From the NCBI RefSeq assembly GCF_006345805.1, contig NC_043011.1, positions 19,294,464 to 19,358,463 of the forward strand: DNA of 64,000 nt. Direction: 5' to 3'. Of the stretch, positions 13,538 to 27,691 are shown in pieces. How positions within the stretch are numbered: position 1 is the first letter of the stretch; each line of letters starts with the position of its first letter. Below the pieces are notes generated by a model. That model was not told the origin of the DNA and ran no database searches. It worked only from the letters and a program-made list of their open reading frames with translations. The stretch comes from Octopus sinensis (Eukaryota). The position numbers and the translations under genes are program-made.

Positions 13538-14625
13538 TATTACGTTGTTCCGAAAATAATGGCCGATTTCAGAAACATAATTTTATTGTGGAAAAGTTTC
13601 CAATAGAAATGCTTTGATTAGTGAAAGTACGAGCCATGAACATCTATGCATCTCTCCCATCGATCAACGAGATTATTTATGCCACATGATAAGAACTTAT
13701 TGGCTTTGATTCTAAGAAATCATTGAAAGCTGATTCCACCTCTGGTTTGGACCTGAAAGTTATATAATATAAAAACCTGTATAAATGCCTAAAAAATGGT
13801 AGTTAGTGGGTGAAGGATCAAGAGAATATGGAGGATGTCGTAAAGTCTTGTATCCCAAGTCTGTGAATTTCTGCAGCGTCATTCTTGCAATATGTGTCTT
13901 TGCATTATCCTGGAGCAGAATTGGGCCACAGCGATTCACCAATGTACTTCTTATGTTTGCAAGTGAGCCTGTATTTCAGCAAGTTGATTGCAGTGAACCT
14001 CTGCTGTAATGCTCTGATAGGCTTCCAGAAAGCTCTAATGAACAACACCAATTGCGGACCAACAGACAGTCATCGTAATCTTTTGCTGGTGCAACTTTGG
14101 CTTTGGGAAGTGTCTGGGGGACTCATCACGATGAAGCTATTTATCCGATAGTTTACGGTTATCATAAAGGATCCTCTCTTCGTCACAAGTAACTATTCGG
14201 TCATGAAAACGATCGTTGGTGTTTCGCAGAAAGAGCTTCGTGCACACTTCAAATCCCTGAACTATTTGATTTTCCTTGAGCTCATGCGGTACCCACTTAT
14301 CGAGGTTTTTCACCATACCAATCTTCTGCAGATTACGTGAGACCGTTGCAATACCGACACCAAATGCCTTAGACATTTCTCTGACATTTTGACGTGGGTT
14401 TTGTTTAACAATCGCTTTCAATCGTTCATTACGAAGGCTGCATGACCCTCCTCTAAATTCTTCATCTTCAAGGCTCTCATCACCACTACGGAGTTTCTGA
14501 AAACACCTTCGTACTGTGTGATCACTTGTGGACCACTCTCCCTTAGCTCTGTTGATATTGGCAGTAGTTGTGGCGGCATTTTGCCCAAGTTTGAACAATA
14601 TATATGTCACCCAAATTTGCTGAAC
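13538..14625 (-). mobile_element. Mariner (Hsmar1/cecropia-like) transposon remnant lacking its 5' TIR
   Basis: ORF 14137..14610 with HTH region, KWVPHEL and IVTCDE. ORF 13760..13942 with LLQDNAKTH and HPPYSLDPSPTNYHF. TIR-like TATTACGTTGTTCCGAAAATAATGGCCGATTT at 13538. Confidence 0.92.
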
Positions 14626-15450
14626 TATTCAACAACTGGGATGCTGTTACAGAGCAATATGGCAAGTTTGTGCACTCAAATGAAGAAGTGGCAGCAAAAC
14701 TGATACCGATAAAGATGAGGATGAGACGGAACAAGTTAGTCGATGATCCTAGACGTGTTGAGCAACTATGAAAAAGCTGCCAACAGCAATACTAAACAAA
14801 CGTTACAAAGAAAGAAAGTGGGTCTAAAACAGGTGAAGCAAGAGATTCAAGAAGCGGAACTGGATGAAATAATCTCCCCATGTTGAAAATGCAGACACGA
14901 AATTAAGCATGGAGAAAGCTGGAGGTTGATTATCTCTGTCACTGGTAGGAAAGCTGCAAAGAAGGAGATCATCAAAGGAAATGAAAGGCCGAGAGAATCA
15001 AGAAGTGGTACACTCATTTCTACAAGTTACTTGGGATGGACCCAGAAGGTGACAGTGAAACAGAAAATTAAGAATTAGCAAAGATACTCGACGGTTTACA
15101 AATCCATGTTGGAGCCTTCACAAAGCATGAAATAGAAATGGTTACAAGTAACCTGAAAGAAGGAAAACAAACTGGTCCTGTCAACACCCAACCAGAAGTT
15201 ATTTAGAGGACATCATCCTTGAATTTGCAAACAAACTACTAAATGGCAATGTGAAGCCAGAACAATGGTATGAGATAGCCTTGCCACCACTGACCAATCC
15301 CGAGACCTAAGTGAAACTGGGAATTACAGAGACATTATTCTGCCTTCCATTGATGCAAAAATGGTCAAGAAGATGATACTTAACCAATTAAAACATAAGA
15401 TAGACAAACAATTCCGACTAAATCAAAAAAGATTCAAGACGTTGTATGAG
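14625..15450 (+). mobile_element. RTE-clade LINE internal fragment (EN-RT linker and RT start)
   Basis: Remnants such as KHGESWRLI, DIILEFANKLLNGNVKPEQW, DLSETGNYRDIILPSIDAKMVKKMILNQ and FRLNQKRF (cf. NYRGI...LRxNQNGFR). Confidence 0.75.
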
Positions 15451-16563
15451 AACGCACTTAATAAGTAAATAATCTAACTGAAACATTTGTAAAGTCATAA
15501 CTTTAAATCTATGAATATTCTGTTCTATGTATATGTGCAAGCGTGAGGGCTGGATGAAATAAATAAATTGTTTTATATTGGAATTATTTTGGTGTTGATA
15601 TATATATATAAAATTTATTTTTCTATGTCCGTATAGAGTTGGTTTCGTTTTTCGCTTTGTTTTATAAGTATCAATAAATATATGTATGTGAGTAAAGAGA
15701 TAATGGCGTTTATAGGTAGATATAGCGTATTTATTGTATTTAATTTGTTGTTTTGGCTCGTGGTTAGTATGTGGGGCATTTCGTTTGTATTGTATTACTT
15801 AGTTGTTGTTATATGTATATATTTAAATGGGTTTTTTTGTCGAATTGATTTTGTTTTCCGTTCTGTTTATATAAACGGAAAATAGTTATCTTCCCTGCAT
15901 TCTAATAGTCAAATTTAAAATATTTAGATTTGAATTAATTCATATAAAATAATGTACTAACATGAATAGATATATTCGTGTATGAATTGCATAGGTATGT
16001 AAATTGTGATATATATGCGTACGAGTGTGTGTATGTATATATAACTACATATAAATATGTGTATATATTAACGTCTGTATTGTGCAAATAATAGTTATAG
16101 GTTTAAAGTTATGAATTTACAAAGTTCGAGTTATCATATTTACTTACTTATGATTAAGCTCGTTATTTCATAACGGCTTTGTAAAGATTTAGAAATTGAT
16201 GTTTTCCGTCAAATATTTAGGGCGGTGTGTCAATCTGATGAAGCATCATTACATATTTAAACGGATTTGATTATTCTTGAAACACTTCGTTCTATTAATG
16301 AAGCGAAAGCAGCTGTAATTTATTAGAAGTGTCATTTGTCTGTATAAAATATTTAAATTAAATTTAATTTTCAGTTGCTCAATTTAATGTTTTGCTTTAC
16401 CATTTCTGATTTATATTTATATATTAATAAACTGTATGTTTCATTTTGTTATCTATTGGAGTAACATTGTTATTGATACAGGTAATATAAAACTGTAACA
16501 TTCTCGAATATTTAATACCTTAGTTGTATTTTACATCATATATATATATATATATATAACACT

Positions 16564-16650
<87 letters not shown>

Positions 16651-17067
16651 TTTAATATTATATATGCACATATATATATTAAGAAACACAAAATTGTCCT
16701 ATTTTATTACAAATTTTCTCTCTCCGTTTATTCTAGCTCGTCTACTCTATTTTACCCCAAACCTCCTTTTTTCTTCAATTCCCCATATCAACCTATTCCT
16801 TGCATTCCTCTAAGCCATTGTGTTTTCTCATCTTCTATCCGCCTATCCAATTCCCCTCCTTGTCTGGCAACCTCAACGTCAAATCTCTATCCATTCCTGC
16901 TAAGCGAATAGAAAACTTCTTGATAATTTTCCCTCCTGTGTTATATTCTTACATTTTGCATGTGTTACTTCCATAACACATGTGCACCTACACACACAAG
17001 CACACTAAACATACACTTACATACATACGTATCAACTTCTCTCTCACTCTCCCTCTCTCTCTATATA

Positions 17068-17124
<57 letters not shown>

Positions 17125-17126
<2 letters not shown>

Positions 17127-17325
17127 GTATGTGTGGATCGTTAGCCACTACACACATTTTCTCTCTCCTTGTTTCTCCCCTTAATTTTTCTGTGTCCCTT
17201 TCTATAGAAGAGCGTAGGCTCTAAACGGAAAAAAAACTTTTTCTATTCCTGAGCGTTATACCAATACATCTGTTTGTTTTGTCCACCACCTGTCTTCATC
17301 TTTTGTTTCTTCGTAAACTCTCCCT
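17125..17325 (+). mobile_element. PLE-type terminal-repeat fragment with a core-mutated minimal hammerhead relic (17199-17232), flanked by (TA)n on both sides
   Basis: TTT-CTATAGA-A-GAGC-GTAG-GCTC-TAAA-CG-GA-AAA. Stem II is perfect, but CUGANGA, GAAA and U16.1 are mutated. Confidence 0.45.
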
Positions 17326-19795
17326 ATATATATATATATACACACGTATATATTTATATAATTAGTGAGGGACTATCAATTGAGTAAGCCTACCAATAAT
17401 AAACATTAATGACTTGGTGTGCCATAAAACCACTGCGCTGTTTGCAATCCTTAAATCTTTTCACGTTATTCTGCCGCAATATCTGACGACGTCCTATGTA
17501 ACTAATATATTGCTATTATGTAACATGAGCAGAAACTTTATTATGAAAGAAAAAGCAAGTAGATAGTATTTGGTATTTCATTATTTTCACCGCCGTTTCG
17601 CGGATTTTTCGAACGATAATCAATAATCCATGTTAGCAAATTGCAAGTGCAATTTATATAAAGACCATTCATTCAAATCAACGGTGTCATCTGGCACGGA
17701 CGAAAGGAAAATGACAATTATGTATCTTATATAAATATCTGAATGGTATACAAATATATGAGACGCGTACATGAATCTTAAATCTGCATGAGCCACTTAA
17801 TGCCATCGAATTTGCACATACACGCAAACGAGAGTTAGTATAATTGCATACATATTTTACAATATTTCTGAGAAACCACTAAAATTGCCAGATATTGAAA
17901 AGGCATTTCGGATAAATTTATTATCATATTAAATAAATCGGATTGAAATAAGATAATTTGGTTCATTATTTATGATACTTCCATAGAAATAAAAATGTTC
18001 TTGTCAAATTCATGATGAAAAGAAAGTTTGGCTTTATTCAGTCGGGTTTTATTCAGTAATTCATGCCTTTTAGTTGCTATCTTTCTACTTGTCATCATCC
18101 TATTAACGCCATATTAAATTTAAGGTTCATCTATATTATATTTTATGTGCTTCGATATCAGTCATTTTGCGACATTCATACTGATAATAATAATAATGAA
18201 TTGTAAAGTTATTTGAAAGCCTCGGCTGTGGATAATACAGAAATTGTGTAAAATTCCAATTGATCCCATGATTACTAAGAAATCAGTGGTTATCTTCTTA
18301 CATATCTAGTTAAAAAATGGTTGTCCCCCACATTATTCATTTCTTATCCAGAGAAATATTTCTTTGTATCCCTATACACAGGGGTATCTTACTATCATGT
18401 GTCTATGACATTTTAGTTGGCCTCTTAGTTAATTGAAGATGCATTTATGTAGAATACAGAGTATATATAAGTATCTTTAATGCTTAGTGTACCTCATTTT
18501 GAAGCCTTAGCTTTGAAGATTGGAGTATTGTGTAAATACCTTTCTGTTTTTAAGTAAACATGAAATTGTAGAAACCTGTTGTATAATCAACGAAAAAGAT
18601 GGTAGGGATAACTATTCCTAGAAGAGCAATTATATTATAATATTATGTCTGGTTAAGCCACGGGTTTCATGGAATGATCTTGTTAAGAAATATATTAAAA
18701 GTAATTGAAAGAATGCAATTCCAATCGATTCAGTATTCTCACTATTGTTGTATTTTCACATTTACAATTGACGCAACCCAAATTGCATTAGAAAGAAGGG
18801 ATATAGTTATGTGTTACAATTATATTAGAAATGACATATACCATTTAATATGTGAAACTAAATTTTACGTATAGGTAATAGAAATGGAAACAGATTTTAA
18901 TTGCAATGAATATGATACCAGCGATTATGTGTATTAACTTCAGAAAAATTAATTCAATTGGAACTATACGTTAAGTACATTTTGTATGCTACCTTAAACT
19001 GTAACAATAATATAGAAATATCTAACAGAAATTGGATCGTTATGAAAAGTTGAAGAACATTTTCCACAAGTTTTAACAGCAGATATTATATAAATAACTT
19101 TAAATCAAATCACAACATGAAGCAATGAAAACTTGCCATTGCCATATGTTGTTTAATTCTAAATCATATGAATCTGGCATTTGTTCAACTTATCTGGAGA
19201 ACAAATATATTTACATTCTCCAGCCTAACCCCGTCTCAGGTACCGATCTTTGAATAATCTCTTCCTAGATTAAAATATATCAAATTTTTACGATGCTGTT
19301 TTTTTTTATCTTACTTAGGATGTGTTATTCTTATTCATAGCCGATCTAAGGAGTCACAGTTTGATAATTTGATGTAATGCTACTGTAGTAGTTGGAACGA
19401 TGATCGTTTATGTCAAGCCTTTGGGGTTTAATTATGACTATGAAAATTATTTTAAATTCTAAATAGCAAAGACCACTTCTCTGATAATAACACATATGGA
19501 CACGCTGGTTTTAGTACAGCACATACTGAATGAGTGTAGATATTGAATATGACAACTTGCCAGACTACGCCTACATAGTACTGTATAGCACTACAAGCAA
19601 TTAGCGAAACAAACAACATATAGCTTTAAACTTATATCAAAGCTTACAGAATTATTAATGTGGACCGACTAAGCTAAAATCTAAAATTCTAAACTTCTTT
19701 CATTGTATATTTAATTTTCGCTGTACATTTACAAGTGTTACGTCACCAGGATTCCGATCTGTAAAGTGACTTCAGGTTGCATTTATATTCAACAA

Positions 19796-19847
<52 letters not shown>

Positions 19848-19852
19848 TTATA

Positions 19853-20045
19853 CTACATATATGGATAATTCTGTCTGTGGGTGGGTGTGGAGTCGTTAGC
19901 TAACTCCTCCTGCATCATTTTACCGATTTTGATGAAGCTTGACAAGTGAATAGAACTCATGTTTGGAAACCTCATAACATACTGAGATTGTTGAAAAAAT
20001 TGGCAGTAGGGCCTCTGGAAGGGATCCTTATATATAACTAAATCT
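19853..20045 (+). mobile_element. Possible non-autonomous Helentron/HINE (DINE-1-like) fragment
   Basis: GATAATTCTGTCTGTGGGTGGGTGTGG...CCGATTTTGATGAAGCTTG resembles the DINE-1/HINE core (GTCT/GT repeat followed by CCGATTT..ATGAAA). From memory, not searched. Confidence 0.4.
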
Positions 20046-20055
20046 ATCAATCTAT

Positions 20056-20090
<35 letters not shown>

Positions 20091-20109
20091 AATATATATA
20101 TATATATAT

Positions 20110-20780
20110 ATATTGTCAATAAAAATGGTAAAATTTATTAATTATGAAATTATTAATTAATTTGACCGAGCAGTGTTCGGTATGTAAAACGACCATTTAC
20201 GGTATATTTGAAATATTACTTTATAAAAATAGGGTAAAATAAAATAATTTACTTTACAACATACACAACGTTTTAGAAATAGCAGCCAAAAATTTGGCTA
20301 TTTCTTCTACTGCAAGAAAAGTCTCCCAGACAATGCATACTCAGAAATAACTCACATAAGTATAAGGGAAAATCAACGAAAGATCACATCCATATGAGAT
20401 CACCCGAGGACAAGCCTGTTTCTGGATTAGTTCACTAAACGCCAACATTTCCTTCATCAGCTCAGAGATTTCTTCTGATTTGAATTTGAAAGTACTAAAA
20501 ATCAAACATACCCGTCCGATTTGAGTAACACCGGACAAACCATGCCAGACCATCAGTACCAGCGAATCCAAAAATACAAATGAGATCTAGTATTCTCCCT
20601 GTCCACCCACGTGAGTTACAGAGTAGTGCATTCCTATAAAGGCAAAACTGTAGTTAAAATTTTTGGGGAGAAATATTCTATTTCAAAAAACCGAGGGAAA
20701 TAAACCATTCACCCGTGGAAGTGATCCTCATATACAGCCAAGGAAAATAACCCATTAATTTTCGAAACTTACCTGGTAAA
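20110..20780 (-). mobile_element. PLE-type pseudo-LTR element; homologue of 61640-62150 and partly 51480-51720
   Basis: Contains the HHR at 20402-20467. Shares the TAGAAATAGC...GCTATTTCT palindrome and THxGG/SELxKEM blocks with the 61.7-62.1 kb copy. Abuts (TA)n. Confidence 0.7.
20402..20467 (-). ncRNA. Minimal type-I hammerhead ribozyme, GUC site
   Basis: GAG-CUGAUGA-a-GGA..UCC-a-GAAA-CAGGCUUG-UC-CUC. Core intact; stem I GAG/CUC plus wobbles; near-palindromic stem III. Confidence 0.8.
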
Positions 20781-23064
20781 AATGAAATTGAGTATGCTTA
20801 TTACTTCGTATTTAAACTGTTAGACTTATTTTCGCAATTTATCCAGTACAACCGTTACATAAGTAAATAGTATTTTCCTGAATAATAGATCCATTTATTT
20901 CGCTGAGATACTTACGCACGTCATATATACTAAACATTCAATGAATCGTGTGAGACAAAATTTAGCTCTAAATATATCAGACTGGCGGTAATATACTAAT
21001 GTTGTGATGTATAAGTTGGCCAAGATCTTCTGAATGATAACAAAAAGAGTAAGTATTAGAGAACATTTTGAAAATTAGCAAGACTGTTTCTATAGTCGTT
21101 CTGAATGGTAGAAACATGAGTGAAGATCTGAAATAAAGGATCAAATTCGATAATATGCATCATTGTAATAAACCAATTCGTTCCAACCAATTTAAGTATG
21201 TGATTCAAATATTTGGAATAAATTACTTGAATTATCGCCAGTGATTCTGAAATATCCAACTCGCATTCAATATTTATCAAATTTATGCTGGGAAGCCATT
21301 TATGTTGCATCAGTCGCCAGTAAACTTATGTCAAATGCACTGAATACACATATATTCAACGACTGAAAGGTTTGTGTGACATATTCTAAAACCTATTGAT
21401 ACAAGGGCAAAAGAAAAAAATCAATATGAAATAGAAATTGGCGCAGCTACTTGTATTTGTAGATGTTGTTGAATAAATCCACAAACTTTCAATGAATAAT
21501 AAGGAAGTCTAAATATCACGGGGCTACATGTACTCTAATCTAAGTAAATGCAGTCGGACATATTTACAGATGTTGCCTATTATGCAAAGCAATTGAAGCT
21601 TGTGATTATTTTAAAGTGTACCATTTCTCTTGAAGTACTTACTAAACTTGCAAGTTATTAGAATTTTGGTGTTGTTGAATATCATTAACAACTACGAATG
21701 TCTCTGAATTCTCTTCGAATTGTTATGCAGTGCTTATACTTCTCTACGGCGTTTATAACGGACTCTTGAAAGGCTAAATGTTATTTTGGTATTACACTCA
21801 CTTCTCTGTAGACGTGTTTCATTAATAATTCATGAATCAAGTTTTTAATACAGTTGTATCTCACTTTCTAGTCAAGCATTCAAATGGCATGATAAAATAT
21901 ACGCAGATAAAGATTCATTTCATTGTTGTATTATTTATTTTTGGAATCGGTTTCCTTTTTCCACATACTACATTCATTTTCTCCTTATACTGTCATTGCG
22001 ACACTACTTACAATGAAATTAGGAGGAGAAATTTAAGATCCAGCATTATCGCTCTTCCTATTAAATGTATTATTTACAATCCCCAAACGTCTTGAAGCGG
22101 TTTTAGTGGCTCGTGTTCTGAGAAAATGTTGAATATCTTCGACGAGTTCAAAAAGGTGGTATCAACTTTGCAGTGCACTTTACTTATTGAACACACTGTG
22201 GCGTTGTGGTGTTGCAATACTTTTCCTTGTACGAAAGCTGTATTTCTTCTCTACGGACAGACTCTGGTGTAGGTGTCCCGAATGATGCTTGAGAAATAAA
22301 GTAACATGACTTCCTAGCGATCAGCAAGAAGGAGCATCTCTGTGGCCGCTGCATGACAGGTGGTTTCTTTTATAGAAGGAGTTGATGATGCGATAATTAA
22401 AAACCTGCGTTATTTTAATTTCACTCGAGACGGGCCGGTAAATATCAATCATCTGCACAAGAAGAATTGTCACGGTGGCTTGGCACATTTCGGTTGAATG
22501 TTTTCTGCTCCAATAGCTGTGGTTCTGGACAACTGAGTTTGCATTCATGGCTTTTGAAAGTGAGAATTGGACAATAAACTTGTATTTCCATCTAAACTGT
22601 AGCAGGTTTTCCCTCTATGGAGCGTTCGGCTGGTATTTTGTTAGCATTAACAAATAAATATACCTAGGCATGGATATATGCATAATCAAAAGTGCAGAAA
22701 CGACATGCTCGGAAGGAATTTTAAAGCAAGGTCATCCAAGGATAGAGTAAGAATTCTATGAATCAGGTACTCCAAATCAGTTGGAAGGACGGGGACAGTC
22801 CGTGTGAGCGTGCAGTAATTACTCAATTCAAATAAACGAGTAAAATTTTCAGACAAGAGTGTGTGTACAAGGAATGCATTAGCTTGACACACGGTGAAAA
22901 GTGAGAGTTTGATGTTTGGAGCATAGCTCTTCGTCGGAAAGGAGAAAAAGGAAAAGTCCAAAGAAGGAAAAGAAATTGCTAACAGCGCGTGTGTAATTAC
23001 ATTTCTTGTGCACATCCTCGTGTTGTCCGTTAATTTTATTCGTTTACTTGAATATATTGTTTAT

Positions 23065-23330
<266 letters not shown>

Positions 23331-23887
23331 TCATGCATATAGACAAACTCACTCACACACGCACACATACGCACACATACACGCACAGACACATCACTGT
23401 TACTTGTGATAGAATACGCAGTAAACAGACTAAGTAATAGCTGATCATTATTTAAATAGTTGTATCAAAGCTTATGGATTACTGAGCAACGCCTATGAAA
23501 TGTAAATATATGCAAACTAAACAGTCTTTCTTCCCGAAATGATTAAAATGATGTCATTTACTGTAGTAACGATGTTTTTTTTAAACTCAGCATTAGTATT
23601 TCCAATTAGAAAGTTGATAACCAGTATTAAATAGTTTCACTAGAATTTGTATTAGATCACAAATTATTTAACACCTGTATGTAATTTTATTTTGCTAAAT
23701 GGTAATAAAGACAATAATTTAGAAAACAAAATTTGTTGCGTGAATATATTATTCTAAATTGACTAATTTTCCATTAAGCAAAAGTTTTTCGTACTGAATG
23801 TCATGAGTAATTCTCAAAGAAATCACTCTGGCTAGAAAGTAATATATCCGACCAGCAACCCGAGGCAATTGTGTCCAACACAGCTTT

Positions 23888-24270
23888 CACATAAACCTGT
23901 GTGTGTGTGTGTGCGTGTATGAGAGAGAGAGAGAGAGAAAGAGAGACAGAGAGAGAGAAAGTGAGAAAGAGAGAAAGAAAGATAGACAGACAGACAGACG
24001 TAGACTGACTGAGACAGACAGACGTAGACTGACTGAGACAGACAGACATACATACAGACAAATAGAGATACAGAAAGAGAGAGAGAAAGAATGAGAAGGA
24101 GAGAGATATAATGTGTGTGTGTATGCGAGAGAGAGTGAGAAAGAGAGAAAGATAGACAGACAGAAGTAGACTGACTGAGACAGATAGACATACTGACAGA
24201 GAGATAGAGATACTGAAAGAGACAGACTGAGAAAGAGAGAGAGAGATTAATGTGTGTGTGTGTGTGAATG
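23888..24270. repeat. Compound (GT)/(GA)/(GACA) microsatellite with internal duplications
   Basis: Direct inspection. Confidence 0.95.
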
Positions 24271-24335
24271 TGTACATGGCAGCATGATTTTTTATATGTA
24301 TTATGTCTGCTCATTGCTCTGCAACAAGTGTAAAC

Positions 24336-25055
24336 GGTGCCGGTGTTGTATGTGATCTATACACCTGTTTCTGGTTTAGCTTATGATCTACATTAGTTCA
24401 AATGGCATAGTTCGTGATCTACAGCGACATTTTGATCTACATGTAAAATTCATCTATTTACTCGAATTCCGATTGGTTTGGTATATAAAATTTTAAAAAA
24501 TAACTTTTATGATTTAAACAGTTTTAGTCCTGAGCGCATTGACAGCAGTCATGATGAGAGCAAAAGTATTTTACACACAGGTTATTCGAGATGAAGAAGC
24601 TGCAATAGAATTTACCGACGCTATGAACTCCTTTATGAACATGGAGATATTGATCCATGCAGCAAATGTGAAGGCGAAATGGCGGCAAAACGAAGAAAAA
24701 TGACAGGTGAATCTCGTCCTGTTTCGCGCTGCACAAAGTGGGGATGCTAAGCGTTTATGTCTGTACGCCATGGAAATGCATTTTTCCATTACACTGATTT
24801 GAATCGGAAAGCCAATTGTAAACTGACTGTTTGTGAAATTTTGGAAATGATTATTATTTTGTAAAAGATCATTCATTCAAATTAAAGTGAAGAAATGACT
24901 GGAAGGAGCAGGAGGTATATATGAGACTGGTTCAATATTTTCAGGGAAGACTACTCCTCAATTGTGTCACGATTCTGAATGTTGATCACAAGCCAGTTTA
25001 GATTTAAGTTGCTGTAGATTACAATGACATGTAGTTTACATACTACAACAGCACC
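24336..25055 (+). mobile_element. Internally deleted Merlin (IS1595/ISXO2-related) DNA transposon with a Zn-ribbon transposase N-terminus
   Basis: TIRs GGTGCCGGTGTTGTATGTGATCTA (24336) and, reverse-complemented, GGTGCTGTTGTAGTATGTAAACTA (ending 25055). 8-bp TSD GTGTAAAC/GTTTAAAC. Frameshifted remnant EAAIEF/RRYELLYEHGDIDPCSKCEGEM...SRCTKWGC*AFMSVRHGNAFF with a CxxC...C-x4-C ribbon. Confidence 0.75.
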
Positions 25056-25995
25056 GTTTAAACTTCCGCAATCTTTACCAGTAATTATAAGTAATATCCG
25101 ATAGTAATTTCTCATGATCTTCGAAAGCTTAGCTCGCTAGAGCAACATCTTCTCATTACACTATCCCTCATACTTAGCTAAGTAAAACAGAAAATCAATT
25201 AATATATGGAGGCAGCGATGAGTTGAAGATGCTATTTTACGTATATTACTTGGTTCACACTTGGTTACTTGCTTTACTACAACAGCTGCATAGGAGAGTT
25301 CAATCACAGCTAACCTAAGGCTACACAATATCAACCATATATATTTTTTATGACATTATTGGACAACTCATTAGTTAATATATCGTTTTTAAATGTTTTA
25401 AGCGGTGAAAACAAACCTTGTCATTCCTCTTCATCTAATTCATTGATCTTAGGATAATTAAAATTAATTAATATTTTTAGGGTTTGAAACCAGAATATTT
25501 AGGGATTTAAACTAGATTAAATGTAATCGGAAATTAAATTGAGTAGCTAAATACAAAATAGAAACCGAGTTGCAAAGTAAAGCCATGTTTTTTCCCCTTA
25601 AAGCAACAATATTATATTGTTCTGAATATGCAAGCAATTAAAATTTTAATTTCTCTCACATAATTCAACTTTGAAATCAATATTTCAAGTAGATGTGCTT
25701 CTTATTAAAATTAGAAAAAAGTCTTCAACAGGAATAAAATGAACAATTAAAAGGACCCAAATAGATATTTTTAATCTGATAATTAATAATGTTATATATA
25801 ATGCCAAGTAGAAGAACTAAATAGCAAATATCAATTACAGGAAAATATATAAATGATGCTAAAACTATTTTTTCATATTAAACGGTTTGTATACAAAAAA
25901 TATACATATTTTATTTCTAAATAACAGTGAGATTACATGACTCTTTAAAACTAAAAATCAAATTAATTATATATATATACATATATTTACATATG

Positions 25996-26051
<56 letters not shown>

Positions 26052-26059
26052 GCATGCAT

Positions 26060-26270
26060 ATATGTGTACAGGACATCATGTCACAAACTTGAACATGAAA
26101 TACGAAGACAAAACGAGAGAAACAAAAGGAAAACATGACAAGTAACATAAAGAACGACCCTTCATCGGTTTTCTGGTGTTCAACTACTCATTTCGAGCAA
26201 TTATCGACAATATGAGGTTTCGAAAGTCAGTTGCTCCCACAAAAGCCAGAGGAGAGTCAAAGTTGGTAAA
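26060..26270 (-). mobile_element. PLE-type terminal-repeat fragment next to (TA)n; architecture shared with 51990-52270
   Basis: Both have TA tract-GTACAGGACA-A-rich spacer-TTCATCRG...TTTCGA blocks, in opposite orientation. Confidence 0.4.
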
Positions 26271-27424
26271 AAAACAGGAAAGCAGAGACATACAACAAAC
26301 TAAAGAAAAACAAACATGGCCGGCTGTTAGGCCAGACGAGGTAAGGTAGCGAACGCTGGAGGAATATTGTCTTTGACGAGAGAAAAGATAGAAGACGAAA
26401 CAGATAATTATGCGTCTGGTCTGTAAGACAGACTGACAGAAAAGAAAGATGGACGATGGTCACGTATAAACAACGAGAGGGAGTACAGGCGAAAGAGAGA
26501 GAGACAGACAGACAGACAGATAGAAAACGGTGAAGGAAAGAAAAAGAATTAGAGAAAGGAAGAGATAATGAGAACAGTACAGGGTAGAGTCGAATATATA
26601 TATAAGTGCACGAGTGGCAGGGAGCTAAATGTGACACTATCTTTGAGGAGGTTATCATCAAAGAGACACGCTCTCCCCATTAAAATCCGTGACTGTGTTA
26701 ATACTTTTTTCAATGATACGGTCAAAATCCAGGTCTACTCAAGTTCTTGCCGAAACAAGGGTGGAAATTTCACAAACTGTAATATATAGATGGCTTCACA
26801 TAGCGCACGAGGAATGATAACGATTGATTTGTACGTCCAGATCGAAAGAGTAAGAATATTTGGCAAGTAAATTTATACGCATTTTGGAGTAAATAAGTGT
26901 GACGATTTAATCAACCATGAAAAGATCTGAAGACTCAGGCAGATGGTTAAAAATTAATACAATACGATGACAGTTCACCTCTGATCTGCAATATTTACGT
27001 CGTTATCTCTTTATCCCAGTCTAAAATTCTTCCTTCGGAGATTGGGTGATGGTGACTCTCTGGGTCAAGTTTTCCAGATAAAAAGTCATTCATATACATC
27101 AGAGTAGGCAGGTAGGTACACGTCATAAAACCTCTTTTCCTAGAAGCAATTCATGCCTTTTCCATGATATACAAACTTATTCCATTGGTCCTCTCTATGA
27201 TTGTTTTAGAGGCTCCGGTAACATGTCAGTGTAAATGTTTTTCTTAATCTAGTGTTGTGATGTTCTGTTTCTTTAGAATATTAATGTTATTCTGTCTAGC
27301 TGAGAAGAATCAAAACTTTAGGCAATGCCAGAAATTTACAATGTTAATTTTACATGCGTACACTAAAACTCCTGCTGTTAACACTGCTGATGTTGCTGCT
27401 GCTGGCACGATTGATAAGATTTTA

Positions 27425-27632
27425 ACATTATTTACATTCGACAGATATTTTTCCTCATCTTGTTTGTTGTTAACACGTTTCAGCTAATATACCGCCCAGT
27501 CTTCATCAGGTGTCTTGGAGAAATTTCGAACCTGGTTTCTCATTCCTAAGGTATTTTTCCATGTTGTTGTCGTTGTTATTGTTATTGTTTTTGTTGTTAT
27601 CATCATCATCATCATCGTCATTGTTGTTGTTA

Positions 27633-27691
<59 letters not shown>

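Noticed and set aside
20341-20571. ORF MDSLVLMVWH... (and the alternative frame NALLCNSRGWTGRILD...) as a host-gene exon
   Set aside because: It lies inside a repeat containing a hammerhead and has a homologue at 61.7-62.0 kb with stops, so it is element-derived rather than a host gene.
22080-23010. GC-elevated, probably TE-derived segment
   Set aside because: No motif could be assigned with confidence in any frame; needs tBLASTx against Repbase/Dfam.
26700-27240. Possible second PLE coding remnant on the minus strand
   Set aside because: Only a faint LN..G-like tail; no RT or GIY-YIG motif could be read.
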